Virus record (IMG/VR): IMGVR_UViG_3300005573_000060
Coordinates: 32,001-96,000 of that record
From: a virus
DNA: 64,000 nt
Reading direction: 5' to 3' (one strand)
Position numbers and translations under genes: made by a program. The notes under the pieces were generated by a model that was not told the DNA's origin, searched no databases, and saw only the letters and a program-made list of their open reading frames with translations. Positions 38,018 through 47,617 of this stretch are shown here, in pieces (the stretch's first letter is position 1; the number at the start of each line of letters is the position of its first letter).

Positions 38018-38086
38018 ATTTTTATTTATATATTTTTTAAAAACTTAAATATATTCAATATATATAAAATATAAAAAGTTTATTTT

Positions 38087-38650
38087 ATGGGAAATGTCAT
38101 TTATTCTCAAGATGTAATGGAACCTACAGCTCCTACAGCTTTCATTACAAAATGCAAAAACAGACTAAAATATTATGGTAAAAATGTTTATTTGCATGAT
38201 AATGATGAATTTGAAATAGAACTTTACAACCCTTTATCTATTGAAATTCTAGCAAAAGTTAAGATTAGTGACATCCCCGCGGAAAAGGTGGTAGTTTTAC
38301 AGCCAGAAGAAATAGTTTATCTTAATAATTATGTGTTTAAAATAGATGATGCATATGAAAATGATCCAGTTTCCAAGAGATCTCATACGCATAAAGGAAA
38401 CATTAAAATAGAATTTTATGAAAAAGAAAAACAAGTATCTTATTTTGATTCTTATATAATATATAGAACTAATAAAAAATTCAGTGTTTCTAGTACATCT
38501 GCAGCAGATTCAAATGCATATATTTATTATACAAATCCGGTTTCTTCTATAGACAGTTCTAGTGTAGCTTCAAACAAAGAATCTAATTCTCTAAAATTTA
38601 ATAAGTATTATTCGTGGAAAATTTCCTGGAAAATTCTTCCTCTTTCATAA
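38087..38650 (+). CDS. Hypothetical protein
   Basis: 187-aa ORF with AT-rich promoter and downstream terminator. Confidence 0.6.
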   Translation: MGNVIYSQDVMEPTAPTAFITKCKNRLKYYGKNVYLHDNDEFEIELYNPLSIEILAKVKISDIPAEKVVVLQPEEIVYLNNYVFKIDDAYENDPVSKRSHTHKGNIKIEFYEKEKQVSYFDSYIIYRTNKKFSVSSTSAADSNAYIYYTNPVSSIDSSSVASNKESNSLKFNKYYSWKISWKILPLS

Positions 38651-38658
38651 AAAACTTC

Positions 38659-38688
38659 AAAAAAAGAGAGCTTAAGCTCTCTTTTTTT
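38659..38688. terminator. Bidirectional terminator
   Basis: aaaaaagagagc-ttaa-gctctcttttttt between convergent genes. Confidence 0.85.
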
Positions 38689-39001
38689 ATATTATCTTAT
38701 TAATTTTTTCTTGTAAAATTTTCTTAGGATAAACTCCAACTGTTTTATCTACTATTTTGCCATTTTTTATATAAAGTATTGTGGGTATGTTTTTAATTCC
38801 AAATTTTACAGCACTTTGCGGGCTCTCATCAACATTACATGTTATAACCTCAACTTTTTCTTTTAATTCAGATGATATTTCTTCTAAAACAGGAGAAACC
38901 ATTTTACATGGAATACACCAAGGAGCCCAAAAATCTATTACAACAGGCTTCTTTGATTCTAACACAATTTCATTAAAATTTTTGTCATTAACTTCTATCA
39001 T
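38687..39001 (-). CDS. trxA: Thioredoxin
   Basis: VVIDFWAPWCIPCKM, FGIKNIPT. Confidence 0.93.
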   Translation of the reverse strand: MIEVNDKNFNEIVLESKKPVVIDFWAPWCIPCKMVSPVLEEISSELKEKVEVITCNVDESPQSAVKFGIKNIPTILYIKNGKIVDKTVGVYPKKILQEKINKII

Positions 39002-39011
39002 AGCTATACAA

Positions 39012-39209
39012 TTATTTTAAGTTGTTGATTAACTCTCTTGCAGCTATTTCTGCAGATTCTAGAGAATCATGATAATAAGAATTTGCACCAACTACTTTCT
39101 TTTCATCTAGAGTTTTTACAACGAAACGGTAATCATTATATATCGGGTCTTCTGTGATTATTACTAAATATCCCGCATAGGTGAAAGAATACTGATTCAT
39201 AGAACACAT
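39012..39209 (-). CDS. Hypothetical protein
   Basis: 65-aa ORF. Confidence 0.45.
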   Translation of the reverse strand: MCSMNQYSFTYAGYLVIITEDPIYNDYRFVVKTLDEKKVVGANSYYHDSLESAEIAARELINNLK

Positions 39210-39440
39210 AAAATATTTAAGATTACATTCAAATTTTGTAAATATGAAGAATCTTTGTTGGAGTTTTTTTCTGTATTTTATTATATATTTACGAGCGCAA
39301 AAAGATTTTAAACTCTTTAAAAAAATATAAGAAGAATGATTGTTATCACAATCAAAATAATTCCGAAAAATACAGTTTTATACTCGAAAAAATGATCTCT
39401 ATTATAATACTCTTTTTTATTCATGGTAAAATACTATTTG

Positions 39441-39526
39441 TGGCTCCGAGGGGATTTGAACCCCCAAGTTCCTTACGGAACGCTTGATTTTAAGTCAAGT
39501 GCGTTTACCAATTTCGCCACAGAGCC
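39441..39526 (-). tRNA. tRNA-Leu(UAA)
   Basis: CTTGA-CTTAAAA-TCAAG; variable arm GTTCC-GTAA-GGAAC. Confidence 0.92.
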
Positions 39527-39549
39527 ATTTTACAATTTAAAATCATAAG

Positions 39550-39633
39550 TGGGGAAGGAGGGACTCGAACCCCCGAAGTCCTTTCGGACGAGTGATTTAC
39601 AGTCACTTGCAATTGCCACTATGCGACACCCCC
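39550..39633 (-). tRNA. tRNA-Tyr(GUA)
   Basis: AGTGA-CTGTAAA-TCACT; variable arm GTCC-GAAA-GGAC. Confidence 0.92.
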
Positions 39634-39647
39634 ATTCCAAAGAACTT

Positions 39648-39839
39648 TTATGCTAATTTTACATTGATAGCATTCATACCTTTACGTCCTTCTTTAAGAT
39701 CAAAAAACACAATATCATCTTTTTCTATTTTATCAATACATTCAGATACATGTACAAAATACTCATTAGATGATTCCCTGTCTTTAATAAAACCAAAACC
39801 TTTTGTTTCATTAAAAAATTTAACGATTCCTTCTTTCAT
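39648..39839 (-). CDS. Cold-shock domain protein
   Basis: GIVKFFNETKGFGFI, YFVHVS, GRKGMNAINV. Confidence 0.92.
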   Translation of the reverse strand: MKEGIVKFFNETKGFGFIKDRESSNEYFVHVSECIDKIEKDDIVFFDLKEGRKGMNAINVKLA

Positions 39840-39885
39840 TATAAAAATTTATTTTAATTATCTCTAATACTATTGTTAGAGATCG

Positions 39886-39961
39886 TCGAGTAGGTGCGAT
39901 TCGAACGCACGAGTTCTCCACATCCCAAATGTGGCGGGGTAGCCAACTCCCCAACTACTCG
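39886..39961 (-). tRNA. tRNA-Pro(UGG)
   Basis: CCACA-TTTGGGA-TGTGG; C1-G72, A73. Confidence 0.9.
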
Positions 39962-39968
39962 TTATTTG

Positions 39969-40042
39969 TAGTTCTGGTGGGATTCGAACCCACACTTTAT
40001 AGCTCCTAAAGCTATCGCCTCTGCCAATTGGGCCACAGAACT
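39969..40042 (-). tRNA. tRNA-Leu(UAG) with short variable loop
   Basis: ATAGC-TTTAGGA-GCTAT; Leu-type D loop; only AAAGT before the T arm; A73. Confidence 0.85.
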
Positions 40043-40078
40043 GTCATATAACTCTTCATGAGTTGATAAGTTATTGAG

Positions 40079-40150
40079 TAGCTCCTTCAGGATTCGAACC
40101 TAAAATTTATCCTCCAAAGGGATACGTGTTAGCCATTACACCAAGGAGCT
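40079..40150 (-). tRNA. tRNA-Gln(UUG)
   Basis: TATCC-CTTTGGA-GGATA. Confidence 0.88.
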
Positions 40151-40236
40151 GTAGAGTGAGAAAAACGAGAAGAGAATTTAACAACAATTAATCAGTTTTG
40201 CCGACTGTCGATGTATCTCTTTCTCTTACTACACTC
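40151..40236 (-). ncRNA. Second candidate Y-RNA-like element, abutting the 5-prime end of tRNA-Gln
   Basis: GUAGUAAG-AGAAAGAG-AUACAUCG...CUCUUCUC-GUUUUUCUC vs GUGGUAAG-AAGAAGGA-UUUCAUCG...UCCUUCUUC-ACUAAUUCCC in the ro60 leader; stem gagaagaga/tctctttctc. Confidence 0.5.
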
Positions 40237-40362
40237 AAACCATCAAAGTTTTTTCAAAGAACCTGTATTTTATTTTTATATTGCAAATATATAAAAATTT
40301 TTTATACTAGAAAAATTTTTAACAAATTTTAACAATTTTTTAATATCTACTTATTTTTAAAT

Positions 40363-40390
40363 AAAAACCCCTCTTTGGGGAGGGGTTTGT
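40363..40390 (-). terminator. Intrinsic terminator
   Basis: aaaaacccctc / gaggggtttgt hairpin with U-run on minus. Confidence 0.7.
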
Positions 40391-40401
40391 CAAATATATA
40401 A

Positions 40402-40519
40402 AATGATACTATGCTACGATAGTTTTTGTCCCTCCCATACTATAGGCAAATACAATAATGGTAAGTAACCTCTTTGGGGGAGTTGGCATAAAACTTCATA
40501 TATATAGCATAGTATCATT
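40402..40519. ncRNA. Unassigned ~118-nt intergenic long-hairpin element
   Basis: Perfect 15-bp inverted repeat 40402-40416/40505-40519 continued by agtttttgtc/ggcataaaact and ctccc/gggag. Confidence 0.4.
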
Positions 40520-40591
40520 CTAAGTTCATTTTAAATATATATCAATCTATTTTTTTATTTTATATAAACTTATTGCGAAAAGTTTTTAAAT

Positions 40592-40819
40592 TTATTCTTT
40601 ATCATTAAATATCATTTTTGCTAGCATTAATTCCTCCCATCTTTCTAACAGTTGTTCTTCTAATCTCATTTTTAAATCATCTAAATTCATTATTCCGTCT
40701 TTCTCAACGGATTTTAAGAATTTTTGTACCATTATTCTACAATCATCAATTTGTTCTTGTGTTTGGCATTGTTTTATAGTTTTTAAAACCTTCTTAACTG
40801 TTATAACTGATTTTTTCAT
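40592..40819 (-). CDS. Hypothetical protein
   Basis: 75-aa ORF. Confidence 0.5.
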   Translation of the reverse strand: MKKSVITVKKVLKTIKQCQTQEQIDDCRIMVQKFLKSVEKDGIMNLDDLKMRLEEQLLERWEELMLAKMIFNDKE

Positions 40820-40834
40820 AGCTCACTTTTATTT

Positions 40835-41110
40835 TTATGATGATTTCCAGAATTCTTTTAAAAAATCATCTCCTGTATTATATTTTGATAAATCTATGTT
40901 ATTTCCTAAAATAAAATTAAGCCAAAGATATTCCAGCGCATCAATATTTTTAACCATTCCTTTTTTATACTTTTCAAGCAAATCTACAACGAAATTCCAA
41001 TTATTGCTTATCTCTAATATAATATGATTGTGTTGAATATAAGTTGGTAGTGGCTGTTCAACATGTGTTTCTTGAGGCCCGAAAAATGCTTGAAAAAAAT
41101 GAGGTTCCAT
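40835..41110 (-). CDS. Hypothetical protein
   Basis: 91-aa ORF. Confidence 0.5.
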   Translation of the reverse strand: MEPHFFQAFFGPQETHVEQPLPTYIQHNHIILEISNNWNFVVDLLEKYKKGMVKNIDALEYLWLNFILGNNIDLSKYNTGDDFLKEFWKSS

Positions 41111-41914
41111 TTATTTCTTTCTTAGTTTTCTTCCAAAAATTTTTCTAAATATACTCTTTTTATCTTCAGGTTTTATATTAGCTATTTTTTTGTTTAGTGT
41201 TTCAGGATTAGAATCAGCATCAATTGCTGTCCAAATTTCCCAGTGCATTCCAAAATCTTTAAATGGATAATATGTGTATCCATTATCTCCCCATGCATTG
41301 CTCCAGGAGTTTCTTATAATAAATGAATCTTCTAAATAACCACAAACACAAACTGCATGCCCACCTAATAATACTTGTCCAGTATAATCAGGTTTCCAAA
41401 ATTCCATTTTATTTGGATTATAAACCGGAAATGCTATGTAACAGGGGCCGTTTGCAAATAGTGCCTTTTTCAGAGATTCTATTGTACTAATTCTAGCATA
41501 TCCTTGAATTTTATAGTGTTCGGCTATATCTAATAATTCTTTTGTTATAGGAGAGTTAGAACCATATTTATAATTAAATTCCGGAACGATTCCTATTTTA
41601 TACAAAATCTCCATTGTATTTCTTGGAGTCATTCCTTCTTCTGGAGCATTTTCTCTAAGATTGTATACAAATTGAGGAGACATATAATCTTTAAACTGAA
41701 CATCTATAAATTCTTCCCACTCTTTTATCGCCGCAGCGGTTTGAGCAGAACAAGTTCCATACATTCCTTGATCTCTTACTGGTCTCATTTGATCTCTTAG
41801 ATCCCATGTTTTTGGTAATGTAACAGTTTCAGGATAAATTGTTTCTAACAAGAAATCTCTTTTATCATCAGGAGATTTTAAAAGATTAAATTTATACTGA
41901 TTAGTATCTATCAT
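41111..41914 (-). CDS. Papain-like C1A cysteine peptidase
   Basis: DQGMYGTCSA, GGHAV, RNSWSNAWGDNGY. Confidence 0.92.
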   Translation of the reverse strand: MIDTNQYKFNLLKSPDDKRDFLLETIYPETVTLPKTWDLRDQMRPVRDQGMYGTCSAQTAAAIKEWEEFIDVQFKDYMSPQFVYNLRENAPEEGMTPRNTMEILYKIGIVPEFNYKYGSNSPITKELLDIAEHYKIQGYARISTIESLKKALFANGPCYIAFPVYNPNKMEFWKPDYTGQVLLGGHAVCVCGYLEDSFIIRNSWSNAWGDNGYTYYPFKDFGMHWEIWTAIDADSNPETLNKKIANIKPEDKKSIFRKIFGRKLRKK

Positions 41915-41979
41915 ATATAAAAAATTATTTTTATTTATATATCTATATTCTTATAAGAAATTTTAAAAGTTTTTTATAT

Positions 41980-42636
41980 TTACATAGAAGCAACATCACT
42001 TAAATTTTTATAGTCTATTTGTTCTTCTAGAGTAATAGCCAACATATCTGCAGCAATTATTATTCTAACAAGAGGATCATTTATAGCATCAGAATACGCA
42101 TAATTTTGAGGTGTATTTGCTAACATAGTTGATACTTCAGTTGAACCCATATGCCATCTAATAGCCAATGCTTCAGAATATGTTAATTTAATAAATTGAG
42201 ATATTAAATATAAACTTTTTTCACCGTGTCCAAGAGGAAAACTATCTTTCACTTTATATGATATATAATCTTTCCATCTTCCATCATCACCTTTTGTCCA
42301 CTTTTTATCTAAAAAATATGTGTTTACTTTACATATGTCATGAAATAATCCACAAATAATAACAGATTCTTGCAAATCTTTAAACTTTGAATCATGTTTA
42401 ATCATCATATTTAAATTATGAAGAGCAAACCGTGTAACATTTATAGAATGCGCAAGTAACCCACCTTCATAATTTCCATGATAATTTGTTGAAGCTGGAG
42501 CAGTAAAAAAATCTGTTTCTTCTTTAAGCCATTTAACAAGATCATCAACACCTTCTCTTTTTATATATGTTAATGCTTTGTTAAAACTTTCTAATGCTGA
42601 AACATTATTTTCTAAATCTTTCATATTTTTTATCAT
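41980..42636 (-). CDS. HD-domain phosphohydrolase
   Basis: APASTNYH..EGGLLAHS, LFHDICK, GHGEKS, IRWHMG, AD. Confidence 0.85.
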   Translation of the reverse strand: MIKNMKDLENNVSALESFNKALTYIKREGVDDLVKWLKEETDFFTAPASTNYHGNYEGGLLAHSINVTRFALHNLNMMIKHDSKFKDLQESVIICGLFHDICKVNTYFLDKKWTKGDDGRWKDYISYKVKDSFPLGHGEKSLYLISQFIKLTYSEALAIRWHMGSTEVSTMLANTPQNYAYSDAINDPLVRIIIAADMLAITLEEQIDYKNLSDVASM

Positions 42637-43409
42637 TTAATGGCTAACAGTTCTTGATTTTGTTTATCTTCATAAGAAAAGTACTCAATAATTTTTTCAT
42701 CTGGTAATTTTATTATCCTTTCATACATTGATATCGATGTATTCATGTTTATGTAAAATACATAATTTCTAAGTTTAGATTCATAATGAGAAACGGATGC
42801 ATATCGGTATCCATTTACATTAATAAATTTTCCATCTTTTAAAAGATCATATACTTTCTTATTATTTACTAAATATTTTTCTCTAAGTAAGATTAAATAG
42901 GGTTCTATAGATTCATTTGGATCTTTATAAATATACCCAATTTTTCCGTTATCATAAGTTCCAACATTCCAAACAGAGTTTGTTATAGCAGCCTTTCCTC
43001 TTGTTCCTAAATGAGATTCTAAGATACCTTGAGCTAAAGCAAATGTAATATCAATATCATACTTTATACATAAATTTACAAATAACTCTGAGTTAATTTT
43101 ATTTCCAGGACAAATTCTATTCATATACTCATCCACCTCTTTTACAAGATTTTTACTTAATCTTGATCTAATCAACTTAGGAAATTCACTTGAATCTATA
43201 TTAGTAGTATTAGTAGTATTTAAAACTGATATATTACTAGATTCTGATAATGCCGGATATTTAGAACCTATATTAAGAAATAAAAATACAATTAAAAGAA
43301 ATGCAAATTTACTAAATCTTTTTAATATATTTTTAAGAATCAGCAAAATACTTGTAGAACATTTCATTTTATTGTCTTGTTCTATAGACATTTCGTTTTT
43401 TCTTTTCAT
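42633..43409 (-). CDS. Glucosaminidase (GH73-like) muralytic enzyme with N-terminal membrane anchor
   Basis: FALAQGILESHLG, NSVWNVG, GYRYAS..YESKL; hydrophobic segment FAFLLIVFLFL. Confidence 0.7.
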   Translation of the reverse strand: MKRKNEMSIEQDNKMKCSTSILLILKNILKRFSKFAFLLIVFLFLNIGSKYPALSESSNISVLNTTNTTNIDSSEFPKLIRSRLSKNLVKEVDEYMNRICPGNKINSELFVNLCIKYDIDITFALAQGILESHLGTRGKAAITNSVWNVGTYDNGKIGYIYKDPNESIEPYLILLREKYLVNNKKVYDLLKDGKFINVNGYRYASVSHYESKLRNYVFYINMNTSISMYERIIKLPDEKIIEYFSYEDKQNQELLAIK

Positions 43410-43431
43410 TTTTAAAATTATTTAAGTTTGA

Positions 43432-43977
43432 TTATTGAGTGAAAAGTGATATGCTCTTGTATGAAGATGTATGATCATCATCTTCTTTTTCTATCTCTTT
43501 ATTAATTACAGGTATATAATCAATTTGTTCAAGATAAACACTATTTTCATTTATATATTCGCTTGTTCCAGAAAGCTTTTCTCCATTTTTAATATGCTTT
43601 AATATCATAAAATCTTTATCTTTAATTTTGCCATCTATAAGTTTAAGAGAAAAAAACTGCAATTGTTCTTCATCAGCTATTAATCTGGCAATACAATTAA
43701 GTTCTTTACTTTTAATTAAAACATATTTTCCTGAATTTAACCCAAGAGAATAATTTAAAACATCTCTTGAAAAAATTCCACCTCTTCCTCTTTTCCAATT
43801 TTTAAACTCTAATCCAGTTAAACCTAACGGTAAAAATAAAGTATGATAATTATTTACTATTGTTACTATTACATTATCTATAACATTAGGAATAATTTCA
43901 CTAATGTTAATATCAACAACATTTTCTTTTGAAAAATTTGTTGATTCTTCATGATGGTTAATTTCTTCTTTATTCAT
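43432..43977 (-). CDS. Hypothetical protein
   Basis: 181-aa ORF. Confidence 0.55.
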   Translation of the reverse strand: MNKEEINHHEESTNFSKENVVDINISEIIPNVIDNVIVTIVNNYHTLFLPLGLTGLEFKNWKRGRGGIFSRDVLNYSLGLNSGKYVLIKSKELNCIARLIADEEQLQFFSLKLIDGKIKDKDFMILKHIKNGEKLSGTSEYINENSVYLEQIDYIPVINKEIEKEDDDHTSSYKSISLFTQ

Positions 43978-44185
43978 TTTGCTTATTTTTTATGAATTTA
44001 TATGATACTAATTCTATTATTGATGACGCAGTTACAATATTTTTATTTTTTATTAGATTTAATATATTTGCACTCCAAGTACTTGGGTCTACACACATAT
44101 CAGGTTGTGTTAAATATTTATATACTTGAGGAATTCCTCCTTCTTCATAATTTCTAATGACTTCTATTACTCTTGGGCTTTTCAT
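43970..44185 (-). CDS. Hypothetical protein
   Basis: 71-aa ORF overlapping both neighbours. Confidence 0.5.
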   Translation of the reverse strand: MKSPRVIEVIRNYEEGGIPQVYKYLTQPDMCVDPSTWSANILNLIKNKNIVTASSIIELVSYKFIKNKQNE

Positions 44186-44598
44186 TTTTGTTTCAAAAGT
44201 TCCTCAAATTTTTTTAGTTCTTCAATCATACTTTTATTATAAAATAAAAGAGCATCTTCAACTGATTTACGATCTATTTTCATATATTTACAATACTCTT
44301 TTATTAGTTCATTGCTAACGCTTGCGTTCTTTTCTTTTATTTCTTGATTTTTTTTAACTCCCTTTACATACATCCATCCCGGAACTTTATTAAATTGTTT
44401 TCTTAGAAATATATGCCAAAAATCTATTACAGCAGATTGATTGACCTTTATATGCTGAAGAGCATTTGCTTGCATTGGAAAATTTATGGAGAATCTTCTC
44501 TGACACATGAAAAAATGACGCCTTTTTTCACCAGCAAATACTTTTTCATATTCTTTGGGGTTAGTAAAAATAATATTTATAAAATCAAATAACTCCAT
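44182..44598 (-). CDS. Hypothetical protein, possibly clamp-loader small subunit-like
   Basis: 138 aa in a replication cluster; FMCQRRFS only weakly recalls gp62-type FMINR motifs. Confidence 0.3.
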   Translation of the reverse strand: MELFDFINIIFTNPKEYEKVFAGEKRRHFFMCQRRFSINFPMQANALQHIKVNQSAVIDFWHIFLRKQFNKVPGWMYVKGVKKNQEIKEKNASVSNELIKEYCKYMKIDRKSVEDALLFYNKSMIEELKKFEELLKQK

Positions 44599-44649
44599 AA
44601 AAATGAAATACTTATATTATATATAATATAAAGACATTAGATATAAGTT

Positions 44650-45843
44650 TTAAAATAAACCATTTTTATGCCCCTGTACTCTATCAATTTGCTTAAATAT
44701 AATGGATTCATTTTCAGATCTCATGTTATCTAAATATTTAGTTCCTTCAAGTAAATCTTGCATCTTTAAACTTAATAAACTTATTTTAGGTGTTATTTCA
44801 TAGTCATTTTTAATGGTTTCAAATTCTTTACATATATTATCCGGAAAAAATGTCGAATCTAATATCACAAGTTTGATTTGACGTTTAAGTCTTTCTTCCA
44901 CATTAAATGTGGGCTTAAATTTCAAAACATCTGTAAAAGCTTCTTCAACCAAACTAACATTATTTAAAAGAACATTGTAATTAATATTATTAGTATTTAG
45001 TTTATTAGAAATGTATTCTATGATCTTTTCGAATTTTGAGTTAGTTATTCTCTTTTCTTCGTCCTCTCCATTTTTATTTTTGACTAACCATGTATGAAAT
45101 GCAGGAACGTTATCGCCATCATCTCCACAAAAAATCTTACGCATTCCAATTATAGAGCCATTAACTACTTCCATTTTTACTTTTTCATGAGCTATAATTC
45201 TTTTAAAATCTTCTTTATCAATATTTACAGTTAAACTCATGTTCATGAAATCAACTTCATCGGGAGTATTTATCCAGGTTTCAAATTCCTTAGAAACATA
45301 AAGTTTTCTTGAAGCATTCTTTCCTTGCATAAAGGGATTAAAAACTGTCACAAAAACTTGATTATTAGATTTAGTTTTATGTGAAGTAACCAATTGACGT
45401 ATATCTTCATCTCCTGATACTATGATAACATTTTGTTCTTTATTTATTAAAATTTCTTTTGACCACAAAGATATAATATCATCTGCTTCTGCTCTTGATA
45501 TCTTCGAAACTATCATTCCCTTCTGTTTCACAATATCAGTGAATTCATCCATTACAGCATAAACATTATCCCAATTTACTATTTTACTTTTAACTCTATT
45601 TCCTTTGTATCCGTCATTCTCATCAATTTTAATATCTTTTCTCCAAGAGCTATCATCCTGACAAAATATAACTTTAGAAGGATTTATAATACGAATTATA
45701 AAAGAAACGTCCATTGAAATCTTTCTCATCAATTGGTCTATCTCACTTTGTGTATCAAAAGTATATTTCTTTGATCCATAATCACTCATTATAAAGAGAG
45801 ATCGATATACTATATTATTTAAGTCAAATATAAGATTATTCAT
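44650..45843 (-). CDS. T4 RNase H-like 5-3 exonuclease / flap endonuclease
   Basis: LIFDLN, SWRK, YKGNR, EADDII, SGDED, GDDGDNVP. Confidence 0.88.
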   Translation of the reverse strand: MNNLIFDLNNIVYRSLFIMSDYGSKKYTFDTQSEIDQLMRKISMDVSFIIRIINPSKVIFCQDDSSWRKDIKIDENDGYKGNRVKSKIVNWDNVYAVMDEFTDIVKQKGMIVSKISRAEADDIISLWSKEILINKEQNVIIVSGDEDIRQLVTSHKTKSNNQVFVTVFNPFMQGKNASRKLYVSKEFETWINTPDEVDFMNMSLTVNIDKEDFKRIIAHEKVKMEVVNGSIIGMRKIFCGDDGDNVPAFHTWLVKNKNGEDEEKRITNSKFEKIIEYISNKLNTNNINYNVLLNNVSLVEEAFTDVLKFKPTFNVEERLKRQIKLVILDSTFFPDNICKEFETIKNDYEITPKISLLSLKMQDLLEGTKYLDNMRSENESIIFKQIDRVQGHKNGLF

Positions 45844-45857
45844 ACATATTTTTTTAA

Positions 45858-46817
45858 TTATTTACTATTCATTATTAATTGTATTTTAAAAACTAATGAC
45901 AATAATGTAATCATTTTATCGATAACAAAATTAAGTTGTTGCTGATGCTCTGCTGCAGCTATTATGACATGTGGAATTTTATCTATTTTCTCTGGAGCAT
46001 AACTTTTAACATATTCAATAAAATTTCCATTTATGGCTGCAACAGCTTCATCAATTTTACTTGAGTACTCACTTACAATAAATTTATAATTTTCATAAGG
46101 CTTATCAGGTTTACTTAAACATAATTTGTAAAGATCTTCAAAATCAAAATTTATGTTAAACTTCTTTTCATCTAATTCTTGTATTCCTTGAAGATAAAAA
46201 CTCTGAAGTTTGTTTAACAAAGATCGCATATCAGGAAAGTCACTCCTAACAAATTTATCAAGTACTTCTGGTGTGTATCTTACTTTAATGGCATTAAGTA
46301 TTAATGCAACTCTTTTTTTGTATTCTTCTATAAGATAATTCTCTTCTTCAGTATTTATAGGATCATAAGAAATACAGTTAAATCTAGATTGAATAGCTTC
46401 TGGAACTTTTTGAATATAGTTACATGATGCAATGAATCTAGCTACATTAGAGTATCTTTCCATACTAGCCTTGAAAGCATTAAAAAACTCTGGAGTAGCG
46501 CCATCAATCTCATCAAGTATAACACATTTCATTTTTTCTCGTCCATTTTCCAAAGATATAGTTGCACAAAATTTAGATATCTTTTCTCTTAAAGTATCAA
46601 TTCCTCTTTCTGATGAAGCATTTATATAAAGAGACGTATAAGGTTTAGATAAAATAAAAAGCGTACTAGTTTTTCCTGTTCCTGGGCTACCATATAATAA
46701 TAAATTTTGAACAAGGCCTCTTGATAATTCTTTCTTTATTCTTTCCGGCACAATTAATGTTGATAAATCTTTAGGACGAAACTTTTCTGTAAATAACTGA
46801 TTAATAGTTTGATTCAT
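45858..46817 (-). CDS. Sliding clamp loader ATPase subunit (T4 gp44/RFC-like)
   Basis: EKFRP, GSPGTGKT, INAS, ILDEID, IQSRF, PDMR. Confidence 0.9.
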   Translation of the reverse strand: MNQTINQLFTEKFRPKDLSTLIVPERIKKELSRGLVQNLLLYGSPGTGKTSTLFILSKPYTSLYINASSERGIDTLREKISKFCATISLENGREKMKCVILDEIDGATPEFFNAFKASMERYSNVARFIASCNYIQKVPEAIQSRFNCISYDPINTEEENYLIEEYKKRVALILNAIKVRYTPEVLDKFVRSDFPDMRSLLNKLQSFYLQGIQELDEKKFNINFDFEDLYKLCLSKPDKPYENYKFIVSEYSSKIDEAVAAINGNFIEYVKSYAPEKIDKIPHVIIAAAEHQQQLNFVIDKMITLLSLVFKIQLIMNSK

Positions 46818-46871
46818 AAATATACTTTTATATTCTATGAAATTTTGTAGTTTTAGTTTTATTTTTTTTTT

Positions 46872-47045
46872 CTAACACTGATATGTAACTATGCTTCCGT
46901 CTTGTAATTTAACAGTAGCAACACAGTTTTCATCCATAGAAATAAGTTTTCCAATGTATGAATTTCCTGCCATGTCTGTCCACCGAACAGTTTGGCCCGG
47001 TTCGCACATATAATCTAAATAAAACACTTTTTCTTTCTTTTTCAT
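46872..47045 (-). CDS. Small hypothetical protein not in the ORF track (57 aa)
   Basis: MKKKEKVFYLDYMCEPGQTVRWTDMAGNSYIGKLISMDENCVATVKLQDGSIVTYQC fills the gap between two genes. Confidence 0.55.
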   Translation of the reverse strand: MKKKEKVFYLDYMCEPGQTVRWTDMAGNSYIGKLISMDENCVATVKLQDGSIVTYQC

Positions 47046-47053
47046 AATCTTAA

Positions 47054-47617
47054 TTATTTATAGGTGTATTTATTATTGCTTAAAGGAGTAAGTTTTTCTA
47101 TAGCCTCTAAAATTCTATAATTATGATTAAATGCCCACTCATAGCTTGATATTTTATCGATACGTATCCACTTAACTTCATCAACTTCTTTACATTTATA
47201 TTCTTCAACTTTCTTAGGGAACTCTTTTTGAGAGAAATCTAAAATAACACAATATAAAAGTATGATATCTTGTTTATTATTATCATTTGGATTAGTGATA
47301 ATGAAAAATGGTTCTCTATTATTATCAAATACTATTTCATTCTTATATTTATTTATTAGAAAAGATGTTTCTTCATATAATTCTCTACGCATTGCATCCC
47401 ATCCATCTTCGTTAAAATTAATATATCCACTCGGAACACACCAAAGATTTTGCCCATTTAGCATTTTATTTGATCTTTTTTCTGCCAAAACAAAAAGATT
47501 ATTATTCTTATCCATCATTATAATAATAGCCGCTACAACTACTGATCTAGATTCCCACACTTCTTTTCCATCAATAATATGTAATGTATTCTCTTTACTA
47601 TTAAAGAGTGGCTTCAT
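47054..47617 (-). CDS. NUDIX hydrolase
   Basis: WCVPSGYINFNEDGWDAMRRELYEET Nudix box. Confidence 0.9.
   Translation of the reverse strand: MKPLFNSKENTLHIIDGKEVWESRSVVVAAIIIMMDKNNNLFVLAEKRSNKMLNGQNLWCVPSGYINFNEDGWDAMRRELYEETSFLINKYKNEIVFDNNREPFFIITNPNDNNKQDIILLYCVILDFSQKEFPKKVEEYKCKEVDEVKWIRIDKISSYEWAFNHNYRILEAIEKLTPLSNNKYTYK

Noticed and set aside
39592-39867. 91-aa + strand ORF
   Set aside because: Overlaps tRNA-Tyr and the cold-shock gene on the opposite strand
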